Below, piece by piece: positions 11,044-23,700 of a DNA stretch of 64,000 nt. The notes below the pieces were generated by a model. The model made no database searches. It saw only the letters and a program-made list of their open reading frames with translations, and had not been told where the DNA came from. Made by a program: the position numbers and the translations under genes. This DNA comes from Somniosus microcephalus (Eukaryota). Numbering within the stretch: the stretch's first letter is position 1; every line of letters starts with the position of its first letter. The stretch spans positions 36,766,001-36,830,000 of the forward strand of contig CM126209.1 of the NCBI GenBank assembly GCA_052327205.1, written 5' to 3'.

Positions 11044-14000
11044 TGTTGAGATACCGCGGCAAACGTGGGAGTCGAGACCAGAGCTATTGAAAACACAACT
11101 GCTTTATTCCAACCACATGACAAACAGGAACTAGAAAAGCCCGCGCATCCACTTAAATACTTCCCAGACAGGAAGTGCTCCCAGCAGCCTGTCCCTGCGG
11201 GAAACAAGTTGCTGGAGGAAAGGGCCCCCGGCTGGGGGCTTCTGCTTAGACTGTCTGTGCCGCCGTGAGCGGATTATGTCCAGTGGTGGCGTGTCGCCAC
11301 AGAGCTCCCCCCAGAATCCGCTTAGGAGGAGTGGACGAGTCGTGACGGTGGTCTAATGGTTCTGCCGCAGCGGCTCTGAGTGGTCGCCGGTCTGGTTGGT
11401 TGGGTCGAGCGGTTCGCCGCCGGCTGTGCTGGCTTGCCGGGGGGACGGCCTCTAGTTGGAGGCTGGGCCACGGGGACCTGTTCCCCTGGTTCTGTGTGTG
11501 CTGGTTTGAGCCGGTCGATGGAGACTGTCTCGACCCTGTCGCCGAGTCGCAGCTTGAAGACCTTGTCCCCGGTTTGTAGTACCTCGTACGGACCGTCGTA
11601 CGGGGGTCGCAGGGGCCCGCGGTGCGCGTCGTGTCGCACGAAGACGAAGCGCGCCTGCTGTAAATTTGGCGGGACGTGAGGTGCGAGTTCGCCGTGTCGG
11701 TTGACCGGAAGTGGGGCGAACTGCTGAGCGGAAGAGAAAGAGTCGAGCCGCTGCTGTTCGGCCGACCAAGGCTTGGTAGGCTCCGGAAGGAATTCGCCTG
11801 GGACTCGCAGCGGTTGTCCGTAGACTAACTCCGCTGCCGAGGACTGGAGGTCTTCCTTGACCGCGGTGCATAGGCCGAGTAGCACCCACGGTAGGCGGTC
11901 AGTCCAGGTACTGTCCTGCAGGCCGGCGCGGAGTGAGGCCTTGAGTGACCTGTGGAAGCGTTCACAAAGTCCGTTGGCCTGCGGGTGGTACGCCGTGGTG
12001 CGGTGGAGCGTCACCCCGAGGTTGCGTGCTGTGGCCGTCCAGGGTTCGGAGGTGAACTGGGCGCCTCTGTCGGAGGTTATGTCGGCCGGTACGCTGAACC
12101 TCGCAACCCAGGTGTTAACGAACGCCCTGGCGATGTCGGCTGTGGTGGTGGAGGTCAGCGGCACTGCCTCAGGCCAGCGTGTGTAGCGGTCGACCATCGT
12201 GAGGAGATAAGTTTGGCCTTGCGATGGCGGCAGGGGACCGACGATGTCGACGTGTACGTGGTCGAAGTGGCGGCTGGGTACCTCGAAGTCTCCCAGGGGT
12301 GCTTTGGTGTGCAGCTGTACCTTAGCCCGTTGGCAGGCGAGGCAGGAGGTGGCCCAAGTCCGAACATCTCTGCTGAGGCCGCGCCAGACGAAGCGCTTGG
12401 AGAGGAGTTTGACGGATGCGCGGGAACCCGGGTGAGAGAGCCCGTGGAGCGCGTCGAAGACGCGGCGGCGCCAGGTCTCAGGGACGACCGGCCTGGGTTG
12501 GCCGAGTGAGACGTCGTACGTGACTGCCGTGGCTTCGGGCCCGTGCGTGACCTTGGCTAGGCGTAGCCCTGGCAGGCTGGTAGCCGCCGAGAGGAGGTCT
12601 GGGTCCGTGAGCTGGGCCGCTGCTAGTTGCGCGTAGTCGACCGCGAGGTGATTCGCACAGACGGCGGGACGGGAAAGGCAGTCGGCGACCACGTTGTCTC
12701 TACCGGAGACGTGCTGAATGTCCGTAGTAAACTCGGAGGCGGCCGCGAGCTGGCGTTGCTGCCTAGCGGACCAGGGTTCGGTGTGCTTGGCCATCGCGTA
12801 TGTGAGTGGCTTGTGGTCCACATACGCGGTGAAGGGGCAGCCTTCCAGGAGGAACCTGAAATGGCAGACCGACAGGTGGAGTGCGAGAAGCTCGCAGTCG
12901 AAAGTGGAGTATTTGACCTCCGGGGGGCGCAGTTGGCGGCTGTAGAAGGCAAGTGGCTGCCACGCGCCATTGACCCACTGCTCGAACACGGCCCCGACCG
13001 CGTGGTCGGAGGCGTCGGTGGTGAGCGCGACCCGGGCATCGGCCCTCGGGTGCGCGAGCAGAGTGGCGTTGGCGAGCGCGTTTTTGGTGGTGTCGAAGGC
13101 GGCTGCCGTGTCAGTGGTCCAGGCTACGTCCATCTTGCCGGATTTTCCTCGGAGGGAGTCGTATAGGGGCTTCATGAGGGCTGCGGCTCTGGGGATGAAC
13201 CTGTTGTAGAAGTTCACCATCCCGAGGAACTCCTGGAGGCCCTTGATGGTTGTGGGGCAGGGGAATTGCTGGACGGCCTGCACCTTGTTGGGCAGGGGGA
13301 CGGCCCCAGCAGGGGTGATGTGGTGACCGAGAAAATCGATCTCGGTTAGGCCGAATTGGCACTTCGCCGGGCTGAGGATGAGCCCGTGTTGGGCTAGGCG
13401 CCCGAACAGGATGCGAAGGTGTTCGAGGTGTTCCTGTTTGGAGGAGCTGGCCACGAGAATGTCGTCTAGATAGACGAATAGGAAGTTCAGGTCCCGGAGG
13501 ACTGAGTCCATAAGGCGCTGGAAAGCCTGTGCTGCATTCTTGAGGCCGAAGGGCATCCTCAGGAACTCGAACAGGCCGAATGGGGTGATGACGGCCGTTT
13601 TGGGGATGTCCGCGGGGTGTACGGGGACTTGGTGGTAACCGCGCACCAGGTCGACTTTGGAAAAGACGGTTCGTCCGGCCAGTCGGGCCGAGAAGTCCTG
13701 GATGTGTGGCACCGGGTATCGATCGGGGGTGGTGGCGTCGTTGAGGCGGCGGTAGTCCCCGCAAGGGCGCCAGCCTCCGCCGGGCTTGGGGGCGATGTGG
13801 AGGGGCGAGGCCCAAGGGCTGCTGGAGTGGCGGATGATGCCGAGTTGTTCCATGTTGGTGAACTCGGCCCGCGCGATTTCCAGCTTGGCCGGGTTGAGTC
13901 TGCGGGCGTGGGCAGAAACTGGGGGGCCGGTGGTGGGGATATAGTGTTCCACACCGTGCTTGGCGGCTTTGGCCGAAAAGGTCGGGTTAGTGATGGCGGG

Positions 14001-15394
14001 AAACTCAGCTAGGAGTGCCGAGCAGTCGTCCGTGGCTCTGGCGAGGCAGTAGGTCGTCAGGCCGGCCGAACGGGCCGGGGTAAAGGCGCCGGGGATGGGG
14101 GCCATAGTGTTGATGTCGACGAGGCGGTGCCTCGGAATGTCGACAAGGAGGCCGTGGGCGCGTAGGAAGTCGGCGCCGATGAGTGGGCAGAGGACCTTGG
14201 CTGTGAGGAACTCCCAGCGGTAGCGGCGGCCCACGAGGTCGAGCGTGACCATGCGGGTGCCATATGTGCGGATTTCAGAGCCGTTGGCTGCAGTCAGTGT
14301 GATACCCCGTGTGCCGCGTTGGATTTCGAGGGCGGAGGCGGGGGTGATGCTGTGCTGGGTCCCTGTGTCGCACAGAAATCGGCGGTTGGTTCTGGCGTCA
14401 GTGACGTACAGTAGGGGCTCCTTCTGCCCCGCGGCCATCGCGGGGGCCGGTGCGGGGGGGGGTTTGAAGGTACACGGTGGCGTGCAGCGTTGAGCCCTAG
14501 CGCCAAAACGGGTGTGGTAGTAGCAGTGACCCGGAGTGGTAGGGCGGTCGGGCCTAGTGGCCCGGGAAGACCGCGTGGTCGTTGCCGTGAGGTCGGGCGC
14601 GACGTCGCGAGCGGCCTGTGCAGAGAGCAGCCGGTCGGCCTTTTCGGCTATATCATTCAGGTCCGTGGAGTCAGACTCCACAATGAGCGGGCGGATGCTG
14701 GCGGGGAGCTGCCAAATGAAAAGCGTGCGAAAAAGGGCGCCGGGATTTTTGTCGTCTGAGAGGGACAGCATGTGGGAAAGCAGGTCTGATGGTGAAGCGT
14801 CACCAAGGCCGGGGAGGTCCAGGAGTTGGCAGTGGCGCTGGTAAGAGGACGTTTGAAATGTTTTAAGTAGCGCAGCCTTCAGATGTTCGTACTTGCCCTC
14901 CGTTGGTGGATTCTGCAGTGCTGCCCAAACCTTGGGGACTGTAGCGTAGGTGAGCAAGGCGACGAGGTAATCGTACTTCGTGGCGTCGACTGTAATGCCT
15001 TTCAGCCGGAATCTGGACTCAGCTTGAACGAACCAGGCTTTGGCGAGGTTCTCCCAAAAGTCTGGTAATTTAACCGTGACTGCGTTTGTATCCGCCATGC
15101 TAGCTTAGGATTCGTCCTGAGCATCGGGGTCACCAGTGTTGAGATACCGCGGCAAACGTGGGAGTCGAGACCAGAGCTATTGAAAACACAACTGCTTTAT
15201 TCCAACCACATGACAAACAGGAACTAGAAAAGCCCGCGCATCCACTTAAATACTTCCCAGACAGGAAGTGCTCCCGGCAGCCTGTCCCTGCGGGAAACAA
15301 GTTGCTGGAGGAAAGGGCCCCCAGCTGGGGGCTTCTGCTTAGACTGTCTGTGCCGCCGTGAGCGGATTATGTCCAGTGGTGGCGTGTCGCCACA
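11044..15394 (-). mobile_element. Full-length Ty3/Gypsy LTR retrotransposon, CsRN1 clade
   Basis: 258-bp LTRs at 11044-11301 and 15137-15394 (two mismatches seen), 4-bp TSD AGCT, tRNA-Trp-type PBS TGGTGACCCCGA at ~15124-15135, PPT at ~11302-11312, and a CX2HX9CX3C gag knuckle. Confidence 0.97.
11322..15098 (-). CDS. gag-pol: Uninterrupted Gag-Pro-RT-RNaseH-IN polyprotein, 1258 aa
   Basis: [18 protein letters not shown], protease CDTG, RT YLDD, RNase H TDAS, integrase HHCC with D,D,E residues (VDIVG, SDRG, CERFHR), and a GPY motif. Confidence 0.96.
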   Translation of the reverse strand: MADTNAVTVKLPDFWENLAKAWFVQAESRFRLKGITVDATKYDYLVALLTYATVPKVWAALQNPPTEGKYEHLKAALLKTFQTSSYQRHCQLLDLPGLGDASPSDLLSHMLSLSDDKNPGALFRTLFIWQLPASIRPLIVESDSTDLNDIAEKADRLLSAQAARDVAPDLTATTTRSSRATRPDRPTTPGHCYYHTRFGARAQRCTPPCTFKPPPAPAPAMAAGQKEPLLYVTDARTNRRFLCDTGTQHSITPASALEIQRGTRGITLTAANGSEIRTYGTRMVTLDLVGRRYRWEFLTAKVLCPLIGADFLRAHGLLVDIPRHRLVDINTMAPIPGAFTPARSAGLTTYCLARATDDCSALLAEFPAITNPTFSAKAAKHGVEHYIPTTGPPVSAHARRLNPAKLEIARAEFTNMEQLGIIRHSSSPWASPLHIAPKPGGGWRPCGDYRRLNDATTPDRYPVPHIQDFSARLAGRTVFSKVDLVRGYHQVPVHPADIPKTAVITPFGLFEFLRMPFGLKNAAQAFQRLMDSVLRDLNFLFVYLDDILVASSSKQEHLEHLRILFGRLAQHGLILSPAKCQFGLTEIDFLGHHITPAGAVPLPNKVQAVQQFPCPTTIKGLQEFLGMVNFYNRFIPRAAALMKPLYDSLRGKSGKMDVAWTTDTAAAFDTTKNALANATLLAHPRADARVALTTDASDHAVGAVFEQWVNGAWQPLAFYSRQLRPPEVKYSTFDCELLALHLSVCHFRFLLEGCPFTAYVDHKPLTYAMAKHTEPWSARQQRQLAAASEFTTDIQHVSGRDNVVADCLSRPAVCANHLAVDYAQLAAAQLTDPDLLSAATSLPGLRLAKVTHGPEATAVTYDVSLGQPRPVVPETWRRRVFDALHGLSHPGSRASVKLLSKRFVWRGLSRDVRTWATSCLACQRAKVQLHTKAPLGDFEVPSRHFDHVHVDIVGPLPPSQGQTYLLTMVDRYTRWPEAVPLTSTTTADIARAFVNTWVARFSVPADITSDRGAQFTSEPWTATARNLGVTLHRTTAYHPQANGLCERFHRSLKASLRAGLQDSTWTDRLPWVLLGLCTAVKEDLQSSAAELVYGQPLRVPGEFLPEPTKPWSAEQQRLDSFSSAQQFAPLPVNRHGELAPHVPPNLQQARFVFVRHDAHRGPLRPPYDGPYEVLQTGDKVFKLRLGDRVETVSIDRLKPAHTEPGEQVPVAQPPTRGRPPGKPAQPAANRSTQPTRPATTQSRCGRTIRPPSRLVHSS

Positions 15395-15982
15395 AGCTCT
15401 CCATTAGGCACAATAAAATGCATGACAATCCCAAGCATCATGAGATTGAAGCCTTCACTGAAAAACAGTTCAATAGTTGCAGCAAACTCTGTAGGGGAGT
15501 CGGATCAGTGATAACCAAAGGGTTGCAAAGAAGTCAAGTTAGGGTAAGGAATACTTCTGCAGAGGGACAGGCCAAGATGCAAGCTTTTGCTAGGAGAGGT
15601 CTAGTCAAAGAAGCCATTATGGAGGGAATGGGCTACAAAGGAAACCAAGTCACATAAGCCTCCAGGTTTAGGGACAAGAGGAAAATTGACAAGAGGAAGG
15701 TCAGTCAGAGAAGTTGTTAAGCAAAGCTGCCCCCCTACACATCCCAACTCTGGTTGCAACCAGCTTCCCCTGTCTCCCCAACAATGGAGTTAAAGGGGCA
15801 GTAAACAATAGGTGACATTTAAATTCTATTAAAATGAAAGCACTGTCATTTATGTGACAATCATGTTGATGTTCTTGGTAGCTGAGAGCATTTAGGCTGC
15901 TTCTGATATACTTTTAAATCTTAGTGATATTGTAGCGTTTAAGAAGCACTACAATATCGATGAAAATTTTTAACGGTTGTAA

Positions 15983-16204
15983 TGTTATCTTATATCTTAG
16001 TATTAAGAGGCGTACGAGTAGATATCGTTGAGTACTCTTTATTAGGTCTTGAGTCAGTGCCAGCTCGTGCAGTACTGCCGCATGGCCAAGATGGCTTCCT
16101 ATTTATACGACTGCCGTCAAGCAGCTGTCTTTACTACAGCTGCCGTAAAGCAGCTGTCTTTACTACAGCTACAGTTATCTGTACAAGGGTGACCTGTTAA
16201 CCAC
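15983..16204. repeat. Possible solo LTR
   Basis: Starts with TGTT, is more CpG-rich than its flanks, has an internal ~22-bp duplication (agcagctgtctttactacagct), and has near-matching flanks TTGTAA/TTGCAA. Confidence 0.35.
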
Positions 16205-16399
16205 TTGCAACCAAAAGGAAATTATTTTTTTAAACTCAAGAAATATATTCAAACTTTTGCAATAAAGATGGAATAGATCCCAAACTCTTAAAAGAGAACA
16301 TTTTGGAAACACTGCTCCATTTGCCAAAAAACAAACATATAATCCCACGTTTGATGACTGGCAAAGTTGGCATGCTGCTGCCATAGATAGGTGTGAAGG

Positions 16400-17100
16400 C
16401 TTGCCCTGATTGGCACTCCAGGGCACCCTTCCCAGAAGGTGGCAGCCAGGCTGAACACGATCTACTTTGCTTACAGTACCTGGAAACAGAAGATGAAGGC
16501 TTACTTTAAGGAATCTGGCAAACTAACTAACAGTACCACGTACATGTTGCAAAATATAGACTCTCAACCTGTTCTACATTAACTGCTTCCTCATGCTCAA
16601 CCTTCATACAACCTTACAGCTTTTTCATTGTATCTCATGCATACCCGTATCCCAGCATCGTGCACAGTCAAGATGCAACGTACAATTAAAGCCTTAACAC
16701 ACTCACATTCTTTCAAAGGCTTCAGGTTGGACACATGGCAGCAATCAGTGGCCCCGTGCGGTTTGGAAAATTCACCAATGAGTCAACATTGGGCATGTGT
16801 GTGATGTTCATCAGGAAAGGATATAAAAGTGAGGATATGGTGACCAACACAACACCTTTTTGATGCATATATGGGCAGCACAATGCCCGATATTGCAGTT
16901 CTAGGGGATTGAGCCACAGGCATAACAATTGAGGACATTTATGATCTTGCCAACCAGTGGCAGTGCTGCCCCTATGTTGTTGCAAGTGTCCTTGCTGCAG
17001 ATGAAACAGCTGTTTTGTTGATTTGGAGCAAACTACGGCAGTTTCTGGCAACCTCAGGAAAGCTCCTCCTACTGTACCAGTGTAACATTTTCAATTCTCA
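16400..17100 (-). pseudogene. Highly decayed Harbinger transposase remnant
   Basis: Residual NFPNRTGPLIAA (compare GFP...GAIDCTH) and nucleotide resemblance to the other Harbinger transposases in the window. Confidence 0.5.
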
Positions 17101-20100
17101 CACCAGCCATCCTTATTACTTTCTCATGTTGAGCAGCCAAATTATCAACATTTTGTGCTGATATATAGGTAGTTCTGAGCCATACTGAACTCATGCCCAC
17201 TGGAAACTAGGCAGCTTCAATTCACTTAGGGTGCGTACAGGCAGCAGGGACATGACCCTGTCATCCAATCACTTTGGGATTTAATCCCAGACCCAAGAGA
17301 TGAATGGATAGTGTTCAGACTCAGTGCAACCCAGTTTTGTTTCCTCTTCTATTTGTGAATCACTCTCTTTTTATCTCTTTCTTTCAAATTCCTACAATGT
17401 TTAATGGAAGAGGCACAATTTTCATTGACCAGGAATGGGTAAAAAATCTAGCTGTACAGTGATGGAAATAACACCCTTCTGTAGCTGGATTTACTTGCTG
17501 TAACCCTGGAAATAAATCATACGCTGGGTCAATAGTTTCACCGACCCTAACCTGAGCCTTTCAAGCAGTTATCTACCACCGGCGCTAATCAGAAAAGGAA
17601 AATCTGGAAGCTGCCATTAGCTGCTGCTGATGATATTTCACCAACAAGAATAGCCATGGTTAGCTACTATTAGAAATGTCTTATCAGACAAATCTAAAAG
17701 GGTTATAGTTAATAATATTTATGTGTTCCAGATGAGATCCTTTTCTCCTGGAGATTAGTTTCAACTGACAACATGAAGATGGGTTAACAAGATACCACCG
17801 TAGTCTGGCAACATTCTGATAAGTAAACGGAATAGCCTTTGATCCAGATTGCTCTCTTTAAGTGATGAGAATCAAAGGGAGTGAATAGACATGAGACATC
17901 TTTTTCAAGTGTATATTACATATTCCAGGGAGCATCATGACCATAACGAGCAGTTCCAATTAGATTGTAGTCTCTATGTCAATGGCCTATATTTAGATTT
18001 TGTAAAAATATATATTTTTTAAAATTCAAACCAAACAAAATCATCTTTATAAAGATGGCTTTTAATAATCCTTGTGGTTATTTATTTCCACCATAGCAGT
18101 TTGAATTATTGCCATTATCTTTCAAGTTTCAAATGTTGAAAAGTAAAAATATGGGGAGATTTAAGTCAGTTCATGTCATGGTTTAAATCATTAAATGTTA
18201 GAAGATATCCTCCCCCCTCCCGCCCCCCCCCCACCCAAACTGGCACTGGAAAAAAGAATAAACTGAATAACAGCTTCCAGGATTATCGCAGTCATTTCCA
18301 GCAAAGATTTCCTGGCTAGCTCAGGATGTGACTGTAGTTGAATACCACACTTGAACCTCCCTCGACAAATGTAAAAGTCACAGTCTGTAATAATGCTCTT
18401 CATTACACTCATAAGCATGGGGTAGAAGTTACAGAAAACTCTTTATTCAACTGTACAGTTATTGTTCTGTGTTGCAGGTCACACTATACTTTACTTTATA
18501 GAAACGTCATAAAACTATACTAAATACAAGGATTGTGCTCATGAAGCTTACAGTCATTGCAGCACTGGTATTTTCAGTGGCGCTTACCATTTTTATAACT
18601 GTTCAGAACAGTGTCCATTTTACGACATTGCAAGGCAGCACCTATTTTACTGTATCTTAGGGTGTAACACAGCCATTTTATGGTATCTGAAGACAGTTTA
18701 ACACAGCATCCATTTTATTGTATTTCCAAGGAAGCATAACATAGCATTCATTGTTTTAAAGTGCACAGCAAGAAATCGCCCAAATTTAACCAGCTCATAT
18801 TCATTTACCAAATGCCTGAATTTAGTTAGTTTGGGTTCTGATGCCCCTGTTCCTTTTTATGAAACAGTGGAATACAAGCAGAGGGACAAAATGTTCCTCC
18901 ATGAATGGGCAATTCTTTCAAAAGTTTCCTATTTTTGCAACTGCCATCTCTTCAGAGCAATGAAGAGAAGATTTTTGCACAATTTTATTTTATTTTTTTG
19001 TTAAAACCCTGCTTAAAGAAAGTGAAAGACACCACATTATTGGCAGTCTGTTTCTGATCCCTGGCACTCTAGTAATAAGCAGGCATCTGACCCCTTTTTA
19101 AAACCTCTGGTGGTTTATTGGGTGTGTCTGGCTCCTGGTCGTCTGCTTGTGATCTGCAATTGACTCCCTGGTGGGAATACATCCATGCTATCTGGAAATT
19201 CTGGCACTTGACAGCTGGCAAGATTCAGAGCACATTAATGCTGGATTTATGTCAGAAGAAGGAATACAGAGTATAAGAAGGCATGGAATAAAAAAAGGTC
19301 ATTCATCCCATCAAGCCTTCTCCTTCTGTAGATAATGTACAATCCTTCTGATCATAGACTCTAACCTACCTCTTTAATCTGCGGAGAGGAATTTCTGCAT
19401 GAATGCTGATCATTTTAAATTCAAGTTTGCTTCCTAAGTCCCTAGTAGTTTCTCATTGGCACTTTTCCACTTGCTTTTGGTTTGATTGTTTCCCAATTCT
19501 TCAGTTCCAATTTGGTGCTGTTCATTTTAAGACAATCAATAGAGTGCGACAGCAAATTAAAGTGTGAAATGAAAGTGTGACATTTCTGGAAGTGAGACAA
19601 ACAGGAAGTGCACACTCTGACTGTTAATGGGCCAGAAATTAGGATCGGGTGCTTGCCGCGCGTGCAAGCCCCCGATGTGCACTCACCCGGCGCGCCGACT
19701 TCTGAAGCCTGGGCCTGCTTGGAATTCCTGTCACTGGCCCGGTTCAGATGTCGGCGCGATGTGCTTGCCTGATCCAGCGGCGTAGTTAGTGCGATGTGCC
19801 GGCTGGGATCAGGTGAGCACTGTGCAGCCAATCAAGGGAGGGGAAACTTCATTCATGAGTTTGATAGTAAGAACTGTCAAACTCATGAAAAGTACGGGCG
19901 CCCAAAAGACTAGTTTAACTTTAAATAAAATTTTAAAAAACATCCCAATAATTAAATAAACTATAAATAACTTTAAAAAACTATTGCAACCCCTTCACGG
20001 TTCTCTAGATATATGTGAGATGTGTTAGACAGTATTCTATAGTCCAGTAAGGACTACAATGGCTTAATTCTAATTATCTTACTTTATAGTTTTAACGTCA

Positions 20101-20781
20101 GACAGTATAAGAAGATTACAGGTCAATGAACTAAATTAGACATTTGCATATATTAGAATGAATCTAGACATAATAAACATACATTCTCCATTTACATGGA
20201 TTCAAAGGAGAATCTGTCCCTGTGTCCGAATTCGAGTGCACTCTTTCGTTGGCGCGCTTAAGTTGGAGCTCATGGTATGTATAATGTCTGCAAGACTTAC
20301 GACTCCGAACCCCTTCGTTGAATTCTCTTCACGATCACTGAATCCCACTTTGAGTTCTGGATGCAGAGCTACTAATACGAAGGGTGGCGGCCGAGTTTGG
20401 AAACCCGGGACGGGATGCGGCAGCCATTTGCCTCCTGAGCCCTCTTTTCAGAGCTCCTGCCCTCTTTTCTTCCAGTCGCTCCTTTTTCCCGCTCGAAAAC
20501 CCCGACTCCACCCCTTCCTTCTGGGGTTTCTGCCTGGAGACTGCGCAGCCTCACTGTCTGCAACAGTTGATACTGGTGCAGAATTATGGAAAGTCTGCTC
20601 TTAGTCACATTGCGTCCTTAAAAGTTCTTGCCGTACCTTCACATGGGCAATTTTAACCCAGGGATTTATAACAATGATAATACAGTGTCTAAGTTAAAGA
20701 TTGATAACCATACTTAGCGTACATAACATTTCCAGTGGGTATTACACTCCCCCCCTACCAAATATAGGCATGTCCCCATGA

Positions 20782-23700
20782 CTAATGAACTTTACACATA
20801 AGTGGTTGCATGCTTCCCAACCATGTATAAAGGGAGGTAACATATCGAACCGTAGGGGCTATCATTACACTTGGCACTCCTAGTGTACTGTATGTCAATC
20901 TTTCAGGAACCTTCTTAACTCGCTGTGAGCTCCTTATTTCGGATACCCGGTCTTCAGTTCCTTCAACTACGTTGGAGGTGTTGGTTCCGTTGTTATCATG
21001 CCTTTCAGTCTCTTTTATCTCCTTCTCGGAAGCATCTGGTTCTTCCCAGACCATGTCCAAGTCTGAGCTAAATGGTTCAGACAATTCATCCAGATTCTGT
21101 CTTATGTGTCTTTCTGGGAGGTCGTACCATAGATCCCATTCTTCATCTTCCGACTCATCAGGTTCCTCATGATCCACACACTGTGTCATGGGTTTTCTGT
21201 CTTCTGGAACAAAGTTTTCCTGGTTTCTCGTTTTTTTCCTTCTTCTTCTCTGCAGGGTTCTCCTACTAGGTGTCGGCTCATTATCCGCTGGCGGATCCAG
21301 ACGCACTTGCTGTCCCAATGGCAGGATATGATTCCGGTGCAGTATTTTTATGGGTCCATTCCCACCTGCAGGTTTTAGCCGAAACACAGGTAGTTGTGGC
21401 ATTTGACTTTCAACAATGTAAGGCGTAGAAGCCCAGCGGTCTGCTAACTTATGTTTCCCTTGAAGTCCTAGGTTCCGTATGAGAACTCGGTCACCAGGCA
21501 TGAGTTGGGAAAAACGGATCTTCTGGTCATACCTCTGCTTGTTTCCTTTATTCTGTTTGGCAGAAACAGACTCAGCAAGTTCATAAGCAGCTTGCAATTC
21601 CTTTCTCATGTCAGATACATACTTGAGGTAAGTTCGCTGTGATGTGCCATCACTGGATACTCCGAAACACAAATCCACCGGCATCCTCGCTTCACGTCCA
21701 AACATGAGGTAGTACGGTGAAAAACCAGTAGCGTCATTTCGGGTACAATTATAAGAATGAACAAGATGTCCAATGTGCCGACTCCACTTGTTCTTTCGCT
21801 TTGAATCCAGCGTTCCAGGCATGTCTAACAAAGTACGGTTAAACCGCTCAGGTTGAGGATCTCCCTGAGGATGGTATGGAGTTGTTCTTGACTTCTCAAT
21901 CCTGAGCATGGACAACAACTCATGTATAAGTCTACTTTCAAAGTCTCTACCTTGATCACTGTGTATTCGCTTTGGCAGTCCATAGTGGATGAAGTATTTC
22001 TCCCACAACACTTTGGCAACGGTGGATGCTTTCTGATCCTTTGTGGGAAAAGCTTGGGCGTAGCGAGTATAATGATCTGTGATGACCAAGACATTTGCGG
22101 TATTGCTGGAATCAGGTTCGATGGACAGAAAATCCATACAGACAAGGTCTAGAGGTCCATCACTTTGCATGTGAAACAGAGGAGCAACTCTTTTAGGTAA
22201 AGTCTTTCTCTGGACACAACGTGCACAGGACTTGCAGAACTCCTCAACCGCAGACTTCATACGCGGCCAATAGAATCTGTCCTTGACCAACCCATAGGTC
22301 TTATCTACTCCCAGATGACCTGCGTCATCATGCACAGACTTCATCACTATTTCCCTGTACTTTTCAGGCAGGACCAACTGTGAATGACATGGTTTAGTGG
22401 GTGGGTGAGTGATTCTACACAACACTCCCTCTTTAATTTCCAAGTGGTCCCATTCTCTTAGGAGCAGACGACAGTCAGGATGTTTTGATTTGTCGATCTG
22501 TGTAATATCACCCAGACGGAGAGCTGAAAACACCTCATGAATACAGGGATCCTCCTGTTGTGCTTTGGATATTTCAGATGAACACAACATGGGTAAGTTT
22601 TGTACATCCAAACTGGAAAGGTTGCAAAATGCCTGGGGAACAGCATGCATTGACGCTCCCAAGTGGTCAATCTCTCGGGCATGAAATGAATTCTTTGGTC
22701 CAGGTACCACGGACATCTGACACATTACTTTCACATCTGCTGAAGCAACATCTTTCCACTCTGGTTTCTGGTAGTGTGGGCGACGAGACAGAGCATCTGC
22801 GTCAATGTTCTGGTTCCCAGGTCTGTACCTGAGACTAAAGTCGTAAGCAGATAGTGCAGCAAGCCAGCGGTGGCCGGTGGCATCAAGTTTTGCCGAAGTC
22901 AACACATAGGTTAATGGATTATTGTCTGTCCTCACTTCAAACTTCGCTCCATACAGATAATCCTGCAGCTTATCCACCACCCCCCACTTCAACGCCAAGA
23001 ATTCTAGCTTATGAGCTGGGTAGTTATGCTCTGATGGCGTAAGACTGCGACTGATGAACGCTACGGGTCTCAGCCCTGCTCCTTGGTCCTGATACAACAC
23101 ACCACCCAACCCTTCTTGACTGGCATCCATGTGTAGCACATATGGCAGCTGTGGGTTTGCAAAAGCCAACACGGGGGCTTGAGTAAGACTTTGCTTTAAG
23201 GTGTGGAAGGCCTCTTCGCATTTCTCATCCCATCTAACACCAAAAGGCTCAGAGGGTTTGAAGTAGTCCTTGTTCTCTTTACCTTTAGCCTTTTTCTTCC
23301 TCTCGGCTGGTGGGAGGTAACCAGCCAGCAGCTGATTCAGAGGATGGGCCACTTTGGAGTAATCCTGCACAAAGCGCCTGTAATATCCGCAGAACCCAAG
23401 AAATGACCGCAAGGCAGTCACTGTGTTCGGTTTGGGCCATGTGGTAACAGCTTCGATCTTGGATGGATCTGTGGCTACTCCATCCTATGATACAATATGC
23501 CCCACATAGGACACGGATGTTTGGCAAAACTGACACCTGTCCAATGATAGCTTGAGACCTTCATCCTCCAGGCGACCAAGCACTTTCAGCAACCGAGCTT
23601 CGTGTTCTTCAAGGGTTGCCCCAAACACAATGATATCGTCCAAGTACACCAATACTTCGGCAAGTTCATGTCCCCAACTGTTTGTTCCATTATTCTTTGA

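Noticed and set aside
11380-15068. Many overlapping antisense or alternative-frame ORFs
   Set aside because: Expected in GC-rich coding DNA with few stop codons.
17700-19400. Possible host exons
   Set aside because: Isolated splice-like words but no convincing reading frame or protein motif.
20158-20604. 148-aa ORF duplicated at 26871-27317
   Set aside because: It lies within the two LTRs, so the duplication reflects LTR identity. No domain is recognisable.
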